This document shows positions 9,539 through 18,534 of a DNA stretch of 64,000 bases, piece by piece. The DNA is from Candidatus Saccharibacteria bacterium UBA1944. Its GTDB lineage: Bacteria; Patescibacteriota; Saccharimonadia; Saccharimonadales; Saccharimonadaceae. The DNA is taken from the NCBI GenBank assembly GCA_002336935.1, contig DDEW01000002.1, forward strand, positions 8,910 to 72,909. Reading direction: 5' to 3'. The notes under the pieces were generated by a model, which saw only the letters and a list, made by a program, of their open reading frames with translations, was not told the origin of the DNA and did not search any database. A program made the translations under genes and the position numbers. Positions within the stretch are counted from its first letter, which is position 1; the number at the start of each line of letters is the position of its first letter.

Positions 9539-10653
9539 ATGGCACGATTACCGCAACCGGGTGGTGACGCAGGAAACTGGGGCGAGATACTAAATGAGTA
9601 TTTGTCGCAAGTTCACAATACAGATGGTACCCTTAGCCGTCTATTATTCAGTCATCAAACCTAGCCACCGATGCAGTAAGCACCAATGCTCTTGCAAATA
9701 ACTCTGTGACAACGAGCGTACTTGCAGTAAGTGGGGGTACGGACGGCCAAGTTCTCACAAAAGACAGCCTGCAACCTGGGGGGCTGGCGTGGCAGTCGGT
9801 AAGCGTTACTGGGGGCGTATCGAGCGTTAATACCCGCACCGGTGTGGTGACGCTAACGGCATCAGATGTTGGCTTAGCAAATGTTAATAACACCGCAGAC
9901 ACCGATAAACCGGTGTCCTCCGCCGTTCAAACTGAGCTCAACAAAAAAATTGATACGACGGATAAGGGTGTCGCAAATGGTGTTGCTACCCTTGACTCGT
10001 CGGGCAAGGTGACCTCATCGCAGATGCCCGTGACGAGTCAGGTGAATAGCGATTGGGATGCAACAAGTGGTGTGGCGCAGATACTGAATAAGCCCACGAT
10101 TCCTGCACAGCTCAATGCAGCTGCAGGCGCCAACATGACAATCACTGGCACATATCCAAACCTTACGTTTGTCGCTGCTTCAAGCGCGACAGATCTTTCT
10201 TTCACGTCGACTGCTACGAACGCGACGATTGCTAGTAGTACTGGCGTTGATGCAACGATGACGGGTGCTTCTGCAACCAACGCGGGTGTAATGGTTGCGG
10301 CTGACAAAACAAAGCTAGATGGTGTTGCAGCCGGAGCTACTGCCAATGCGACCGACGCGCAGCTTCGTGATCGCGCTACGCATACTGGTACGCAGGCTAT
10401 CGCAACGGTTACTGGATTGCAAACCGCCCTTGACCTTAAGCTTGACTCCGCAAATGTAGACATTGACACTGGATTAGTTGCAAATAGTGATACCAAAGTT
10501 GCATCACAGAAGGCAACAAAAACATATGTAGATACGCATCTTGCTACAAAAGCCGATGCCACAATGGTAGGTGCTAAAGTTTTATTAATTGATAACGCCG
10601 CAGCACTTCCCGCGGGCACTCCGGCAGGCGTAGTCGTTGTTGTAAAGGTCTAG
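9539..10653 (+). pseudogene. MARLP-type phage-tail-fibre-like surface protein with an apparent 1-bp deletion near 9635
   Basis: ATG 9539 gives MARLPQPGGDAGNWGEILNEYLSQVHNTDGTL and stops at 9664. The -1 frame from 9637 continues PSIIQSSNLATDAVSTNALANNSVTTS into ORF 9706-10653. Tail-fibre-like motifs: SVNTRTGVVTL...DVGL.NVNNT.D.DKPVS, KGVANGVATLD, QVNSDW.A.SGVAQILNKP, DKTKLDG. Confidence 0.7.
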
Positions 10654-10657
10654 CCCT

Positions 10658-13000
10658 ATGGCCCAATTGCTATTTGGACCGGGAAACAGCGTTACGTTCG
10701 GGTCACTCAATGGGAGCGGCCTCGGCTCTTCAAAGAGTTTTGCCAAGACTTCTCTATCGAATATGGCAGTAGGCGACTTGCTCGTGATGTGGTTCGGCTC
10801 GCAAGATAACTCCACTACCAGTGTTATCACACCTCCGGCTGGCTGGACAAGATACGGCGCTCCTGAGGGTTCACCAAGCTATTCCACATCTCGTCGCTCG
10901 GGAATCTTCTATTACCCGCTTCGCACACAAGCTGACGTGGATAACTTTCCAGCCACATCAACCTGGACATTTGACGCCACGGCCGCAAATGCCCGCGGGG
11001 GATTTGTCGTTGCTCGAGCTGTAGGCATCGATCTCAATAATATTGAGGATAGTGCGGCAACGGCATTTAGTGGTGGTTCGAATGCAACCAGCTTGAGCGT
11101 TACGGGCATTACGACCCAGAATACCTACACGCTTCTGGTTGGTGGCGTTTATCAACACAACTCGGTGGGTATCACCGTACCAACCGCAACAAGTTTTATG
11201 ACCGGCTTTGACCAATATAACTCGACGGCAGTGGGGAGTACTGCCTATGCAAACACTGCCGCAATTATGGGGTATAAAGACCTCAGTGCGAGCGGTGCGA
11301 CAGGCAACCAAACGGCAACGTTCAACTCATTATGTACCGCGCTAGGTGGGGAGTTGGTAGCCTTTAAGGCACTCCCGCCCTCATCATATGTTCGTCCTAC
11401 AGTCATTGCAGGCAGCGTGCTCACGGCAACGGCATCAAGCGGCACGACATTTACTATAAATAAACCAACCGGTGCTGAAGATGGTGATCTATTAGTTGTG
11501 GCTATTTCTGCACAGTCTGCGACTTCTACGACGGACTTTACGTCAAGCGGATGGATGCGGGTTAGTGCCGATTACGTACCAACTAGCGCTACGTATCGCA
11601 TTACTGGTTTTTATGCTCTGCCTGTTCCGATTGCAGCTAACCTTACGTCAACGTCATTCACTTTTACTTCAACAGACCCAGCGGGTGGGCGTATTGCGGC
11701 ATCCATCTTTATTGTTCGACACGCCGATCTTACTCACATTACCGCTGGCAAGCCATCTATGGCGGGCACTGCTAGCTCGGCGACCATTACTCAAACCATG
11801 GGGACTCCAATGGCAAATATGTCGCTGCTCCTTAGTGTTTATAATGGCCAGTTCACAGTCGGTAACAGCTATGCTGTGTCTACGTCGCCTTCGGGCATGG
11901 CACTGGTTTCATCTACACATGTCGCAAGTGCAAATAGTACAGAAACGCCCAATGTGGTTTACTGCCAAGATGTTGAAGCAGTGAGCCAAGGAACACGGTC
12001 ATTAACGTGGGCGAGTGTTCCGGCTCAGACCAGCGTAGCATCGGTGTATATTCGCAACCTGAGCCAACCGGACGCGGTCACTGAGCCAACGGGTGCAATA
12101 ATCAAGTACACCTCGGCACCTGATACACTATCTGACGCAGTGGTCCGCTACACTTCCGCCGTCGATACACTGGCAATACCAAAAGAAGTCCGACCCTTTC
12201 CAACAGGGTACGCTTCGGTAACTGACATGCTTTCAAAAACCATGTTTTACTGTGCGCACCGTGGTGGTTCGCGAGAATGGCCAGAAATGAGCCTATATGC
12301 GTATACGCAAGCCGGCTTTTGGGGGGTTGGCGCGCTTGAGGTTTCTTTGGCGCGTACATCTGACGGCGTATGGTTTGGGCTGCACGACGCAGACATTAAT
12401 CGCACCTCCGGGACAACCGGTTTGCCCAATGCATCGGCAATGACATGGGCGCAGGTTCAGTCATATCAAATACTTGGCTCAACTGCTTTTAACAACCCAG
12501 CTCAGGCAAATCAGCCTTACATGCGCTGGGAAGAGATTGTTGCAACGTATTATTCCACCCACGTGCTGTTTGTGGACATTAAATACGCAGGTAGCTATAT
12601 CGCTGAGTTTATGACCATGATTAATGCCCTTCCCGGTAACCCCAAAGAGCGGATTGTTGGTAAATCCTACGGAGTTGGATCATCCTTCTCGGACACCATG
12701 CGTGCTGCAGGGTATAAAACTTGGGGCTATTACTATGAAACAGACTTCACGCCAACTAACAATATGGCAACCTACCAATCTCACTATGACATTTTAGGAA
12801 TGGACTACAACGCATCTCAGGCGACCTGGGATGCTGTACTAGCATTTGGTAAGCCGGTGATGGCTCACATTCTTCCGACAAGCGCCTCGTACACAACGGT
12901 GCAAACAAAGGTCAACGCAACCTCTCCCGGGGCAAATGCTGCCAACTGGAAAGGTTGCATGGTGTCTGGGGTAATGAGTGTGATACCACGAACACCGTAG
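10658..13000 (+). CDS. Ser/Thr-rich repeat-domain protein with C-terminal glycerophosphodiester phosphodiesterase (GDPD)-like domain
   Basis: Two homologous domains beginning GDLLV(M/V)...GW. C-terminal AHRGGS.EWPEMS..AY...ALEVSLARTSDGVWFGLHD..INRT. No obvious signal peptide. Confidence 0.7.
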   Translation: MAQLLFGPGNSVTFGSLNGSGLGSSKSFAKTSLSNMAVGDLLVMWFGSQDNSTTSVITPPAGWTRYGAPEGSPSYSTSRRSGIFYYPLRTQADVDNFPATSTWTFDATAANARGGFVVARAVGIDLNNIEDSAATAFSGGSNATSLSVTGITTQNTYTLLVGGVYQHNSVGITVPTATSFMTGFDQYNSTAVGSTAYANTAAIMGYKDLSASGATGNQTATFNSLCTALGGELVAFKALPPSSYVRPTVIAGSVLTATASSGTTFTINKPTGAEDGDLLVVAISAQSATSTTDFTSSGWMRVSADYVPTSATYRITGFYALPVPIAANLTSTSFTFTSTDPAGGRIAASIFIVRHADLTHITAGKPSMAGTASSATITQTMGTPMANMSLLLSVYNGQFTVGNSYAVSTSPSGMALVSSTHVASANSTETPNVVYCQDVEAVSQGTRSLTWASVPAQTSVASVYIRNLSQPDAVTEPTGAIIKYTSAPDTLSDAVVRYTSAVDTLAIPKEVRPFPTGYASVTDMLSKTMFYCAHRGGSREWPEMSLYAYTQAGFWGVGALEVSLARTSDGVWFGLHDADINRTSGTTGLPNASAMTWAQVQSYQILGSTAFNNPAQANQPYMRWEEIVATYYSTHVLFVDIKYAGSYIAEFMTMINALPGNPKERIVGKSYGVGSSFSDTMRAAGYKTWGYYYETDFTPTNNMATYQSHYDILGMDYNASQATWDAVLAFGKPVMAHILPTSASYTTVQTKVNATSPGANAANWKGCMVSGVMSVIPRTP

Positions 13001-13027
13001 TTGGCACTCATATTGCATGAGTGCCAA
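13001..13027 (+). promoter_or_regulatory. CIRCE operator overlapping the hrcA promoter
   Basis: TTGGCACTC-N9-GAGTGCCAA, with TTGCAT (13013-13018)-17 nt-TATAAT (13036-13041). Confidence 0.9.
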
Positions 13028-13047
13028 CCTTGGCGTATAATGAAGCT

Positions 13048-13764
13048 ATGAATATTACGGATAGGCAACGGGCAATCCTCGGCGCCATAGTGGAACAGCA
13101 TGCAGAGATAGCCGCACCAGTAGGAAGTGTCACGCTTGCAAAGCTTTTTGGTGTTAGTAGCGCCACCATTCGTAGTGAGATGGCGAAACTTGAGGAGATG
13201 GGACTGATTGCTGCGCCGCATACCAGTGCGGGACGGATACCAACCGACAAAGGGTACCGTTCTTATGTAAATGGTATTACTGATGCGCAAATGTCAGAGT
13301 TGCCAAGTGGCGTTGATCGTAGCGCTCGAGCAATTGAAGCACACGTCAATTCCTATAAAGATAAAGGCGATCGAGCAATTCGTAGTGCAGTTGATAGCCT
13401 TGTTGAGCTCACGGGTAACTTAGGGTTTGCAACCATCGGTACGCAGCTGTATATGAACGGTATCGGTAACCTATTTAGCCAGCCTGAGTTTATGGAGGGC
13501 CATCATGTGCAGGCCATAGCTCGTCTTCTCGATAATATAGAACCATGGCTTCGTGAAGCGGCGCCAAACCAGCCGCTCAACGTCTATATCGGTAGTGAGA
13601 ATCCCATAGGTAAAAGTAGCGGCGCAACACTCATTATTAGCAAGTTCCGTTCACCCTTTAGCGATAAAAGCTATATAGGTGTGATTGGTCCAACAAGGCA
13701 GAACTATGCACGAACGATGCAACTGGTGCGCCGCACTGGTGCGATGTTGGAGGATGTGCTATAG
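13048..13764 (+). CDS. hrcA: Heat-inducible transcription repressor HrcA (short form)
   Basis: RQ..IL.AIVE.H...A.PVGS, SSATIRSEM.KLE.MGLI..PHTSAGRIPTDKGYR, IGVIGPTRQNY. ATG 13048 is 6 nt after the -10. Confidence 0.92.
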   Translation: MNITDRQRAILGAIVEQHAEIAAPVGSVTLAKLFGVSSATIRSEMAKLEEMGLIAAPHTSAGRIPTDKGYRSYVNGITDAQMSELPSGVDRSARAIEAHVNSYKDKGDRAIRSAVDSLVELTGNLGFATIGTQLYMNGIGNLFSQPEFMEGHHVQAIARLLDNIEPWLREAAPNQPLNVYIGSENPIGKSSGATLIISKFRSPFSDKSYIGVIGPTRQNYARTMQLVRRTGAMLEDVL

Positions 13765-14039
13765 AAAGTCGCCGTAATCGCGCCTATGTCTCTTTAGGCC
13801 TCGCGACTCTTGCAGGCCTTACCGTCCTGCACTTCGCTGGTAGGGCATCGAGCGGCGATACGACAATTTTCCCTAGCCTACTAACAGCTACGGGCGTATT
13901 TGGAGTAGCGGCGCCCTATGCAGTGTATGCTATGCACCGCTATTGCCACGGTACGCACGAAACACCTGATGAGTTATTGAGGCGGGAACAAATGATGCAA
14001 AAGATGAAGGAGGTACATGATGACGAAAAAAAAGCTTGA
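13761..14039 (+). CDS. Possible two-TM small protein with non-canonical ATA start
   Basis: 92-codon open frame filling the hrcA-grpE gap, GGAGGA 6 nt upstream of the ATA, two hydrophobic stretches. Confidence 0.3.
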   Translation: MESRRNRAYVSLGLATLAGLTVLHFAGRASSGDTTIFPSLLTATGVFGVAAPYAVYAMHRYCHGTHETPDELLRREQMMQKMKEVHDDEKKA

Positions 14040-14481
14040 TGAACGTGAACAGCACATTGTTGACTTAACTGCTGATTTGCAGCGGACACGCGCAGACTTT
14101 GAAAACTTTCGTAAGCGTGTTGATGGTGAAAAACAACAGGCAATGGAGCGTGGCGAAGCCAAGACTGCTCTCAAATTGTTGCCAGTTATTGACACGATAG
14201 AGCGGGCTATACTTCATACTCCTCATGATATTGCCGAGCATTCGTGGGTACAGGGTGTAGCGGGCTTGATTAAGCAGCTCGATAAATCGCTTGCAGACAT
14301 GGGAGTCGCTCGTATTGATGCTAAACCGGGCACATTATTTGACCCTGAACTACACCAGGCGGTACACATGGATGAGGCAGCTGAGGGCCCGGAAGAAGTT
14401 ATCGCCGAAGAGCTACAGAGCGGCTATACACTTGCGGGTGTACCTATTCGCCACGCGATGGTAAAAGTTACCCGGAGGTAA
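14017..14481 (+). CDS. grpE: Nucleotide exchange factor GrpE
   Basis: LQRTRADFENFRKR, LLPVIDTIERA, FDPELHQAV, LQSGY.L.G..IRHAMVKV. AGGAGG SD upstream. Confidence 0.95.
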   Translation: MMTKKKLDEREQHIVDLTADLQRTRADFENFRKRVDGEKQQAMERGEAKTALKLLPVIDTIERAILHTPHDIAEHSWVQGVAGLIKQLDKSLADMGVARIDAKPGTLFDPELHQAVHMDEAAEGPEEVIAEELQSGYTLAGVPIRHAMVKVTRR

Positions 14482-15223
14482 TTACTGGGGGTAGGCAATG
14501 ACGCGCCCTTCATTGTGACGCCAGGCGTAGAGCGGTGCGCCATGATGGACCTTTGATCCAATGCGTACGCGCTGCTTGCTGATTCGAGTTTCAGCCGAAG
14601 CATCTACATGATCGTGGCCAGTAATAAATAATCTATGGTCAACGTGAAGTGGAATCTCTCGCATTCTGGCAAGTTCTATTGAAAAAAACTTGTGACGGTT
14701 CGGCAGCGAGCCTGTTTTCGTCGCTCGCGTTGTATTCGTCGAGTTGGGCAGCTTGCGTATTCCAGTCTTGCTTGAGGTGCGGGCCAGCATGAACAACAAT
14801 AAACTCATCGTTGCTGTAATACGGAGGCAAATGGTTAAGCCATGCAAGGTGTTCGTTATCTTCAAGTGATTCACGCAGCAGAGTGGCATTGTCACGCCAC
14901 TCTCTTGTCGGCTCAATGCCATACGATTGCATAGTTTTATAGTGGTAGCGTGCCCATACCTCATCTCGCCATGCACCAGCAAATGCGTGCCTACTGAGTG
15001 CATTTCGTAGAACCCATTCATGGTTACCGGCGATACAAATTACCTTATCTCCGAGTGAGCGGAGGTAGTTAATTACTCGTTTTGTATCGGGCCCGTCAAC
15101 AATATCACCAGCAATTATCACGGCGTCGCTATGCGCTAACTCTGATTCAACAGCTCGCATTGAGACATCGTAGTAACTGTGTATATCGGAAAGAATAGAG
15201 AAACTACCATGTTCTGTTGACAT
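14482..15223 (-). pseudogene. Calcineurin-like metallophosphoesterase with a frameshift in a T7 run (14682-14688)
   Basis: SDIH, GDIVD, GNHE and VHAG motifs in one frame; the final GHDH motif is in another frame after the homopolymer. TATAAT lies 6 nt upstream of ATG 15223. Confidence 0.75.
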
Positions 15224-15261
15224 GTTTTTATTATACTTAAAAAAATGTGACAAAATCTTTG

Positions 15262-15299
15262 TTAGCACTCTTGACATGCGAGTGCCAACTATATATTAT
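15262..15299 (+). promoter_or_regulatory. CIRCE operator 1 and promoter of dnaK
   Basis: TTAGCACTC-TTGACATGC-GAGTGCCAA (15262-15288); TTGACA-17 nt-TATTAT. Confidence 0.9.
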
Positions 15300-15309
15300 G
15301 GATACAGAA

Positions 15310-15336
15310 TTAGCACTATCCTGCGAGGAGTGCTAA
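15310..15336 (+). promoter_or_regulatory. CIRCE operator 2 of dnaK
   Basis: TTAGCACTA-N9-GAGTGCTAA. Confidence 0.85.
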
Positions 15337-15383
15337 TCCCGGATCAAGATAATCAATAGAGAATGAAACAAAGGAGAATAGAT

Positions 15384-17276
15384 ATGGGTAAAATTATCGG
15401 TATTGACCTCGGAACAACGAACTCAGCGTTTGCTTACCTTGTGGCAGGCAAGCCCGAAGTGATTGCAAATGCAGAAGGTAACCGCACGACGCCAAGTGTC
15501 GTAGCCGTCAACAAGAGTGGTGAGCGCTTGGTGGGGCAGGTTGCACAACGCCAACGTGTCACTAATGCTAAAAACACTATATATGGCATTAAGCGTTTGA
15601 TTGGCCGTAAATTTAGCGACAAAGAAGTGCAAAAAGACATCGATATTATGCCATTTGAAATTGTGAAGCACCAAAGCGGTGTTGGTGTGAAAATGGGTGA
15701 TAAAGAGTATACGCCAGAAGAAGTCTCGGCCATGATCTTGAGCAAAATTAAGGCAGATGCCGAAGCGTTCTTGGGTGAAAAAGTTACCGAAGCAGTCATT
15801 ACTGTCCCTGCGTATTTTGATGACAGTCAGCGCCAGGCAACCAAAGATGCTGGTAAAATTGCTGGCCTAGAAGTGAAGCGTATCATTAATGAGCCAACCG
15901 CGGCTGCGCTTGCCTATGGTCTCGAAAAAGGTAAAGAAGAGAAAATCGTTGTCTTTGACCTTGGGGGTGGTACCTTCGACGTATCAATCCTTGAGCTTGG
16001 CGACGGTGTATTTGAAGTAAAAAGTACGAACGGTGACACGCATCTTGGTGGTGAGGACTTTGACAACGCAATCGTTAATTACTTCATTGATGAATTTAAA
16101 AAGACTGATGGCATTGATCTACGTAAAGACAACGCGGCGATGCAACGACTAAAGGATGAAGCCGAAAAAGCTAAAAAGGAACTTTCTACCACGACTGAGT
16201 ACGAAGTGAATATTCCTTTCATCACAGCCGACGCTGATGGTCCAAAACACTTCGAATTGAAACTTTCTCGTGCAAAACTGGAAGAACTTGTAGCCGAGTT
16301 ATTGAATCGGCTCGATGGTCCAGTTGAAAAGGCACTAAAAGATGCAAAACTTGCCAAGACGGACATTGATAATGTTGTATTAGTAGGTGGTATGACGCGT
16401 ATGCCAGCCGTGGTTGAGCGTGTCAAGAAGCTGTTTGGTAAAGATCCAATGCAAGGGGTGAACCCTGACGAAGTTGTGGCAATTGGTGCAGCGATTCAAG
16501 GTGGTGTGCTGTCGGGTGATGTCAAAGACGTGCTACTCCTCGATGTCACGCCATTAAGCCTTGGTATTGAAACGATGGGTGGCGTAAGTACAAAACTCAT
16601 TGAGCGCAACACCACAGTTCCAACAAGCAAGTCCGAAACGTTTAGTACCGCCAGTGATAACCAGCCACAAGTCGAGATTCATGTGCTGCAGGGTGAGCGT
16701 GAGTTTGCCACTGACAACAAGAGTTTAGGCCGATTTGTGCTCGATGGTATTGCCCCTGCCCCTCGTGGTGTACCGCAAATTGAAGTCACTTTTAACATTG
16801 ACGCCAATGGTATTTTGAATGTGACCGCTAAAGACAAGGGGACTGGCAAAGAGCAGTCAATTACTATCCAAAACTCTGGAAACATGAGCAAGGACGATAT
16901 TGAAAAGGCACAAAAAGAGGCTGAGATGCACGCTGATGAAGACAAGAAAAAGCGTGAAGCAGTCGATGCTAAGAACCAGCTAGAAAATGCTATTTACCAA
17001 GCCAAGAAAATGCCTGATGAATTCAAGGATAAGATTTCTGACGAAGACAAGAAGGCAATTGAGGCGGCTGTTGAAGAAGCAGAAAAGCACAAGGATGCAA
17101 CCGATAAAGATGAACTTGAAGCTGCAGTAAAGGCACTCAATGACGCAATTATGCCGATTGGTGCCAAGATGTATCAGCAAGCAAGCGAAGAGGCTGCAGC
17201 GAACGAATCAGCTGATGATAAAAAGAAGTCGGACAAAGACGAACCCGTTGAGGGCGAAGTAGTCGACGAAAAGTAG
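15384..17276 (+). CDS. dnaK: Chaperone DnaK
   Basis: [59 protein letters not shown] before ATG 15384. Confidence 0.98.
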   Translation: MGKIIGIDLGTTNSAFAYLVAGKPEVIANAEGNRTTPSVVAVNKSGERLVGQVAQRQRVTNAKNTIYGIKRLIGRKFSDKEVQKDIDIMPFEIVKHQSGVGVKMGDKEYTPEEVSAMILSKIKADAEAFLGEKVTEAVITVPAYFDDSQRQATKDAGKIAGLEVKRIINEPTAAALAYGLEKGKEEKIVVFDLGGGTFDVSILELGDGVFEVKSTNGDTHLGGEDFDNAIVNYFIDEFKKTDGIDLRKDNAAMQRLKDEAEKAKKELSTTTEYEVNIPFITADADGPKHFELKLSRAKLEELVAELLNRLDGPVEKALKDAKLAKTDIDNVVLVGGMTRMPAVVERVKKLFGKDPMQGVNPDEVVAIGAAIQGGVLSGDVKDVLLLDVTPLSLGIETMGGVSTKLIERNTTVPTSKSETFSTASDNQPQVEIHVLQGEREFATDNKSLGRFVLDGIAPAPRGVPQIEVTFNIDANGILNVTAKDKGTGKEQSITIQNSGNMSKDDIEKAQKEAEMHADEDKKKREAVDAKNQLENAIYQAKKMPDEFKDKISDEDKKAIEAAVEEAEKHKDATDKDELEAAVKALNDAIMPIGAKMYQQASEEAAANESADDKKKSDKDEPVEGEVVDEK

Positions 17277-17290
17277 TGGAAGACGTGACA

Positions 17291-17330
17291 CTACAAATAA
17301 CACCTCCTCATTTAGGGGTGTTATTTGTAG
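17291..17330. terminator. Bidirectional hairpin terminator between convergent genes
   Basis: 14-bp perfect stem CTACAAATAACACC / GGTGTTATTTGTAG. Confidence 0.8.
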
Positions 17331-18449
17331 TTAATCAGGCATAGGTAGTTCAAGAAACAGTGCCACCCACACCATGCCAGGGTCGCTTTTATACACCAGC
17401 GAGTGAAACCATGTGCCATCCACATCCAGCATTTCGGGGAAGTTCCCATGGCGCTCAATCATGCGGCTAAAGCTCTTATACTGCTCTTTGTATTCGCGTC
17501 GCTTATATCGTTTAAGTAAGTGTAGGTAATACTCGCCATGCCAACTCCAAATTGCTTCACCTTGATAATTACTCATGAAGATACCGCTCATCCACCAACG
17601 GTACTTAAAGCGCTTTGGCGTATCGGTGTACTTTAGCGGGTAGGGGTAATTCAGCCGGTGTTCATCAATGTACTTGAATGTCGCATCCATTTTCTTTTCG
17701 TCGTGAATGCCACCCAGCCAAAATGGAAATAGCGCGCATTCGGCGCTAAAGGCACCATTCCAATAATCGGCGTTAAAGTAGTTGCCGTTCCAGTAGTGGT
17801 TGAGTAGCTCTTCACGGTATAGTTGTGGACGGCGTGGAAACGCATGCTGCATGCCAAGGTATTCCACACACTCTGCCATTCGGGCGACAAGGGAGTATGA
17901 ATAGGCACTACGATCATAAATAACGGCGTCGCGCATCTCGGCGTACACCATGTCTTTAATTAGCCCGGTTTTTTTGTCGAGAAACACTTTGCTATATTTA
18001 CGCAGCTGCCGCTCTATAAAGTAACGCTCACCTTCTTTGAGCGGATAGTCGCTTGCAACAATACTATGGAGCAGCCAAGGGAGCGCATCGATACTTCGGG
18101 CAGGTGCATTAAAAGTATTACCCGATTTATCGATGCAAAGTGTGACCGTACCCGCACGGCGATAGTAGCGAAGTGCCCAGTGAAGCGTGTGGTGCACGCG
18201 GTCTTTGTGGCCAAGCCGCACAAGAGATTGGGCAACAGTACCAAAATCACGCATCCAAAAAAAGTCGAAGTGGCCAAGGCTTGTTCGGTAGAAGTCGCCC
18301 TCCCATAATCGGTCCAAGATTTGCTGGCAGATCGCACGGGCATCACCGTCAAAACGTTCAACTTTACCAAAATAGCGGTTGGCAATTTGGCGGTACTCTG
18401 CACGTAATGTTCCAAGAATATTGCCAACGTGGCGAAAGAAATGTTCCAT
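17331..18449 (-). CDS. Six-hairpin glycosidase-like protein (GH15/GH63/amylo-1,6-glucosidase-like)
   Basis: FDFFWMRDF motif, Trp/Tyr-rich, late IWSWHG and FPE motifs typical of (alpha/alpha)6 glycosidases. Family uncertain. Confidence 0.5.
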   Translation of the reverse strand: MEHFFRHVGNILGTLRAEYRQIANRYFGKVERFDGDARAICQQILDRLWEGDFYRTSLGHFDFFWMRDFGTVAQSLVRLGHKDRVHHTLHWALRYYRRAGTVTLCIDKSGNTFNAPARSIDALPWLLHSIVASDYPLKEGERYFIERQLRKYSKVFLDKKTGLIKDMVYAEMRDAVIYDRSAYSYSLVARMAECVEYLGMQHAFPRRPQLYREELLNHYWNGNYFNADYWNGAFSAECALFPFWLGGIHDEKKMDATFKYIDEHRLNYPYPLKYTDTPKRFKYRWWMSGIFMSNYQGEAIWSWHGEYYLHLLKRYKRREYKEQYKSFSRMIERHGNFPEMLDVDGTWFHSLVYKSDPGMVWVALFLELPMPD

Positions 18450-18534
18450 TGCCACCTAGTATACTCCCAAACTGCTTACGCTGCTATGGGCATGCTACAA
18501 TAAGTACACTTGGCGTGGGGAAGGAGATAGGTGC

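Noticed and set aside
9629-9664. Programmed ribosomal frameshift in the MARLP gene
   Set aside because: The needed shift is -1, the -1 frame has TAG at 9634-9636, and no X-XXY-YYZ slippery heptamer or stimulatory structure is evident. A simple 1-bp deletion explains it better.
9539-13000. Prophage interpretation of the tail-like genes
   Set aside because: No terminase, capsid, portal, integrase, lysis or replication genes, and no att sites around the locus.
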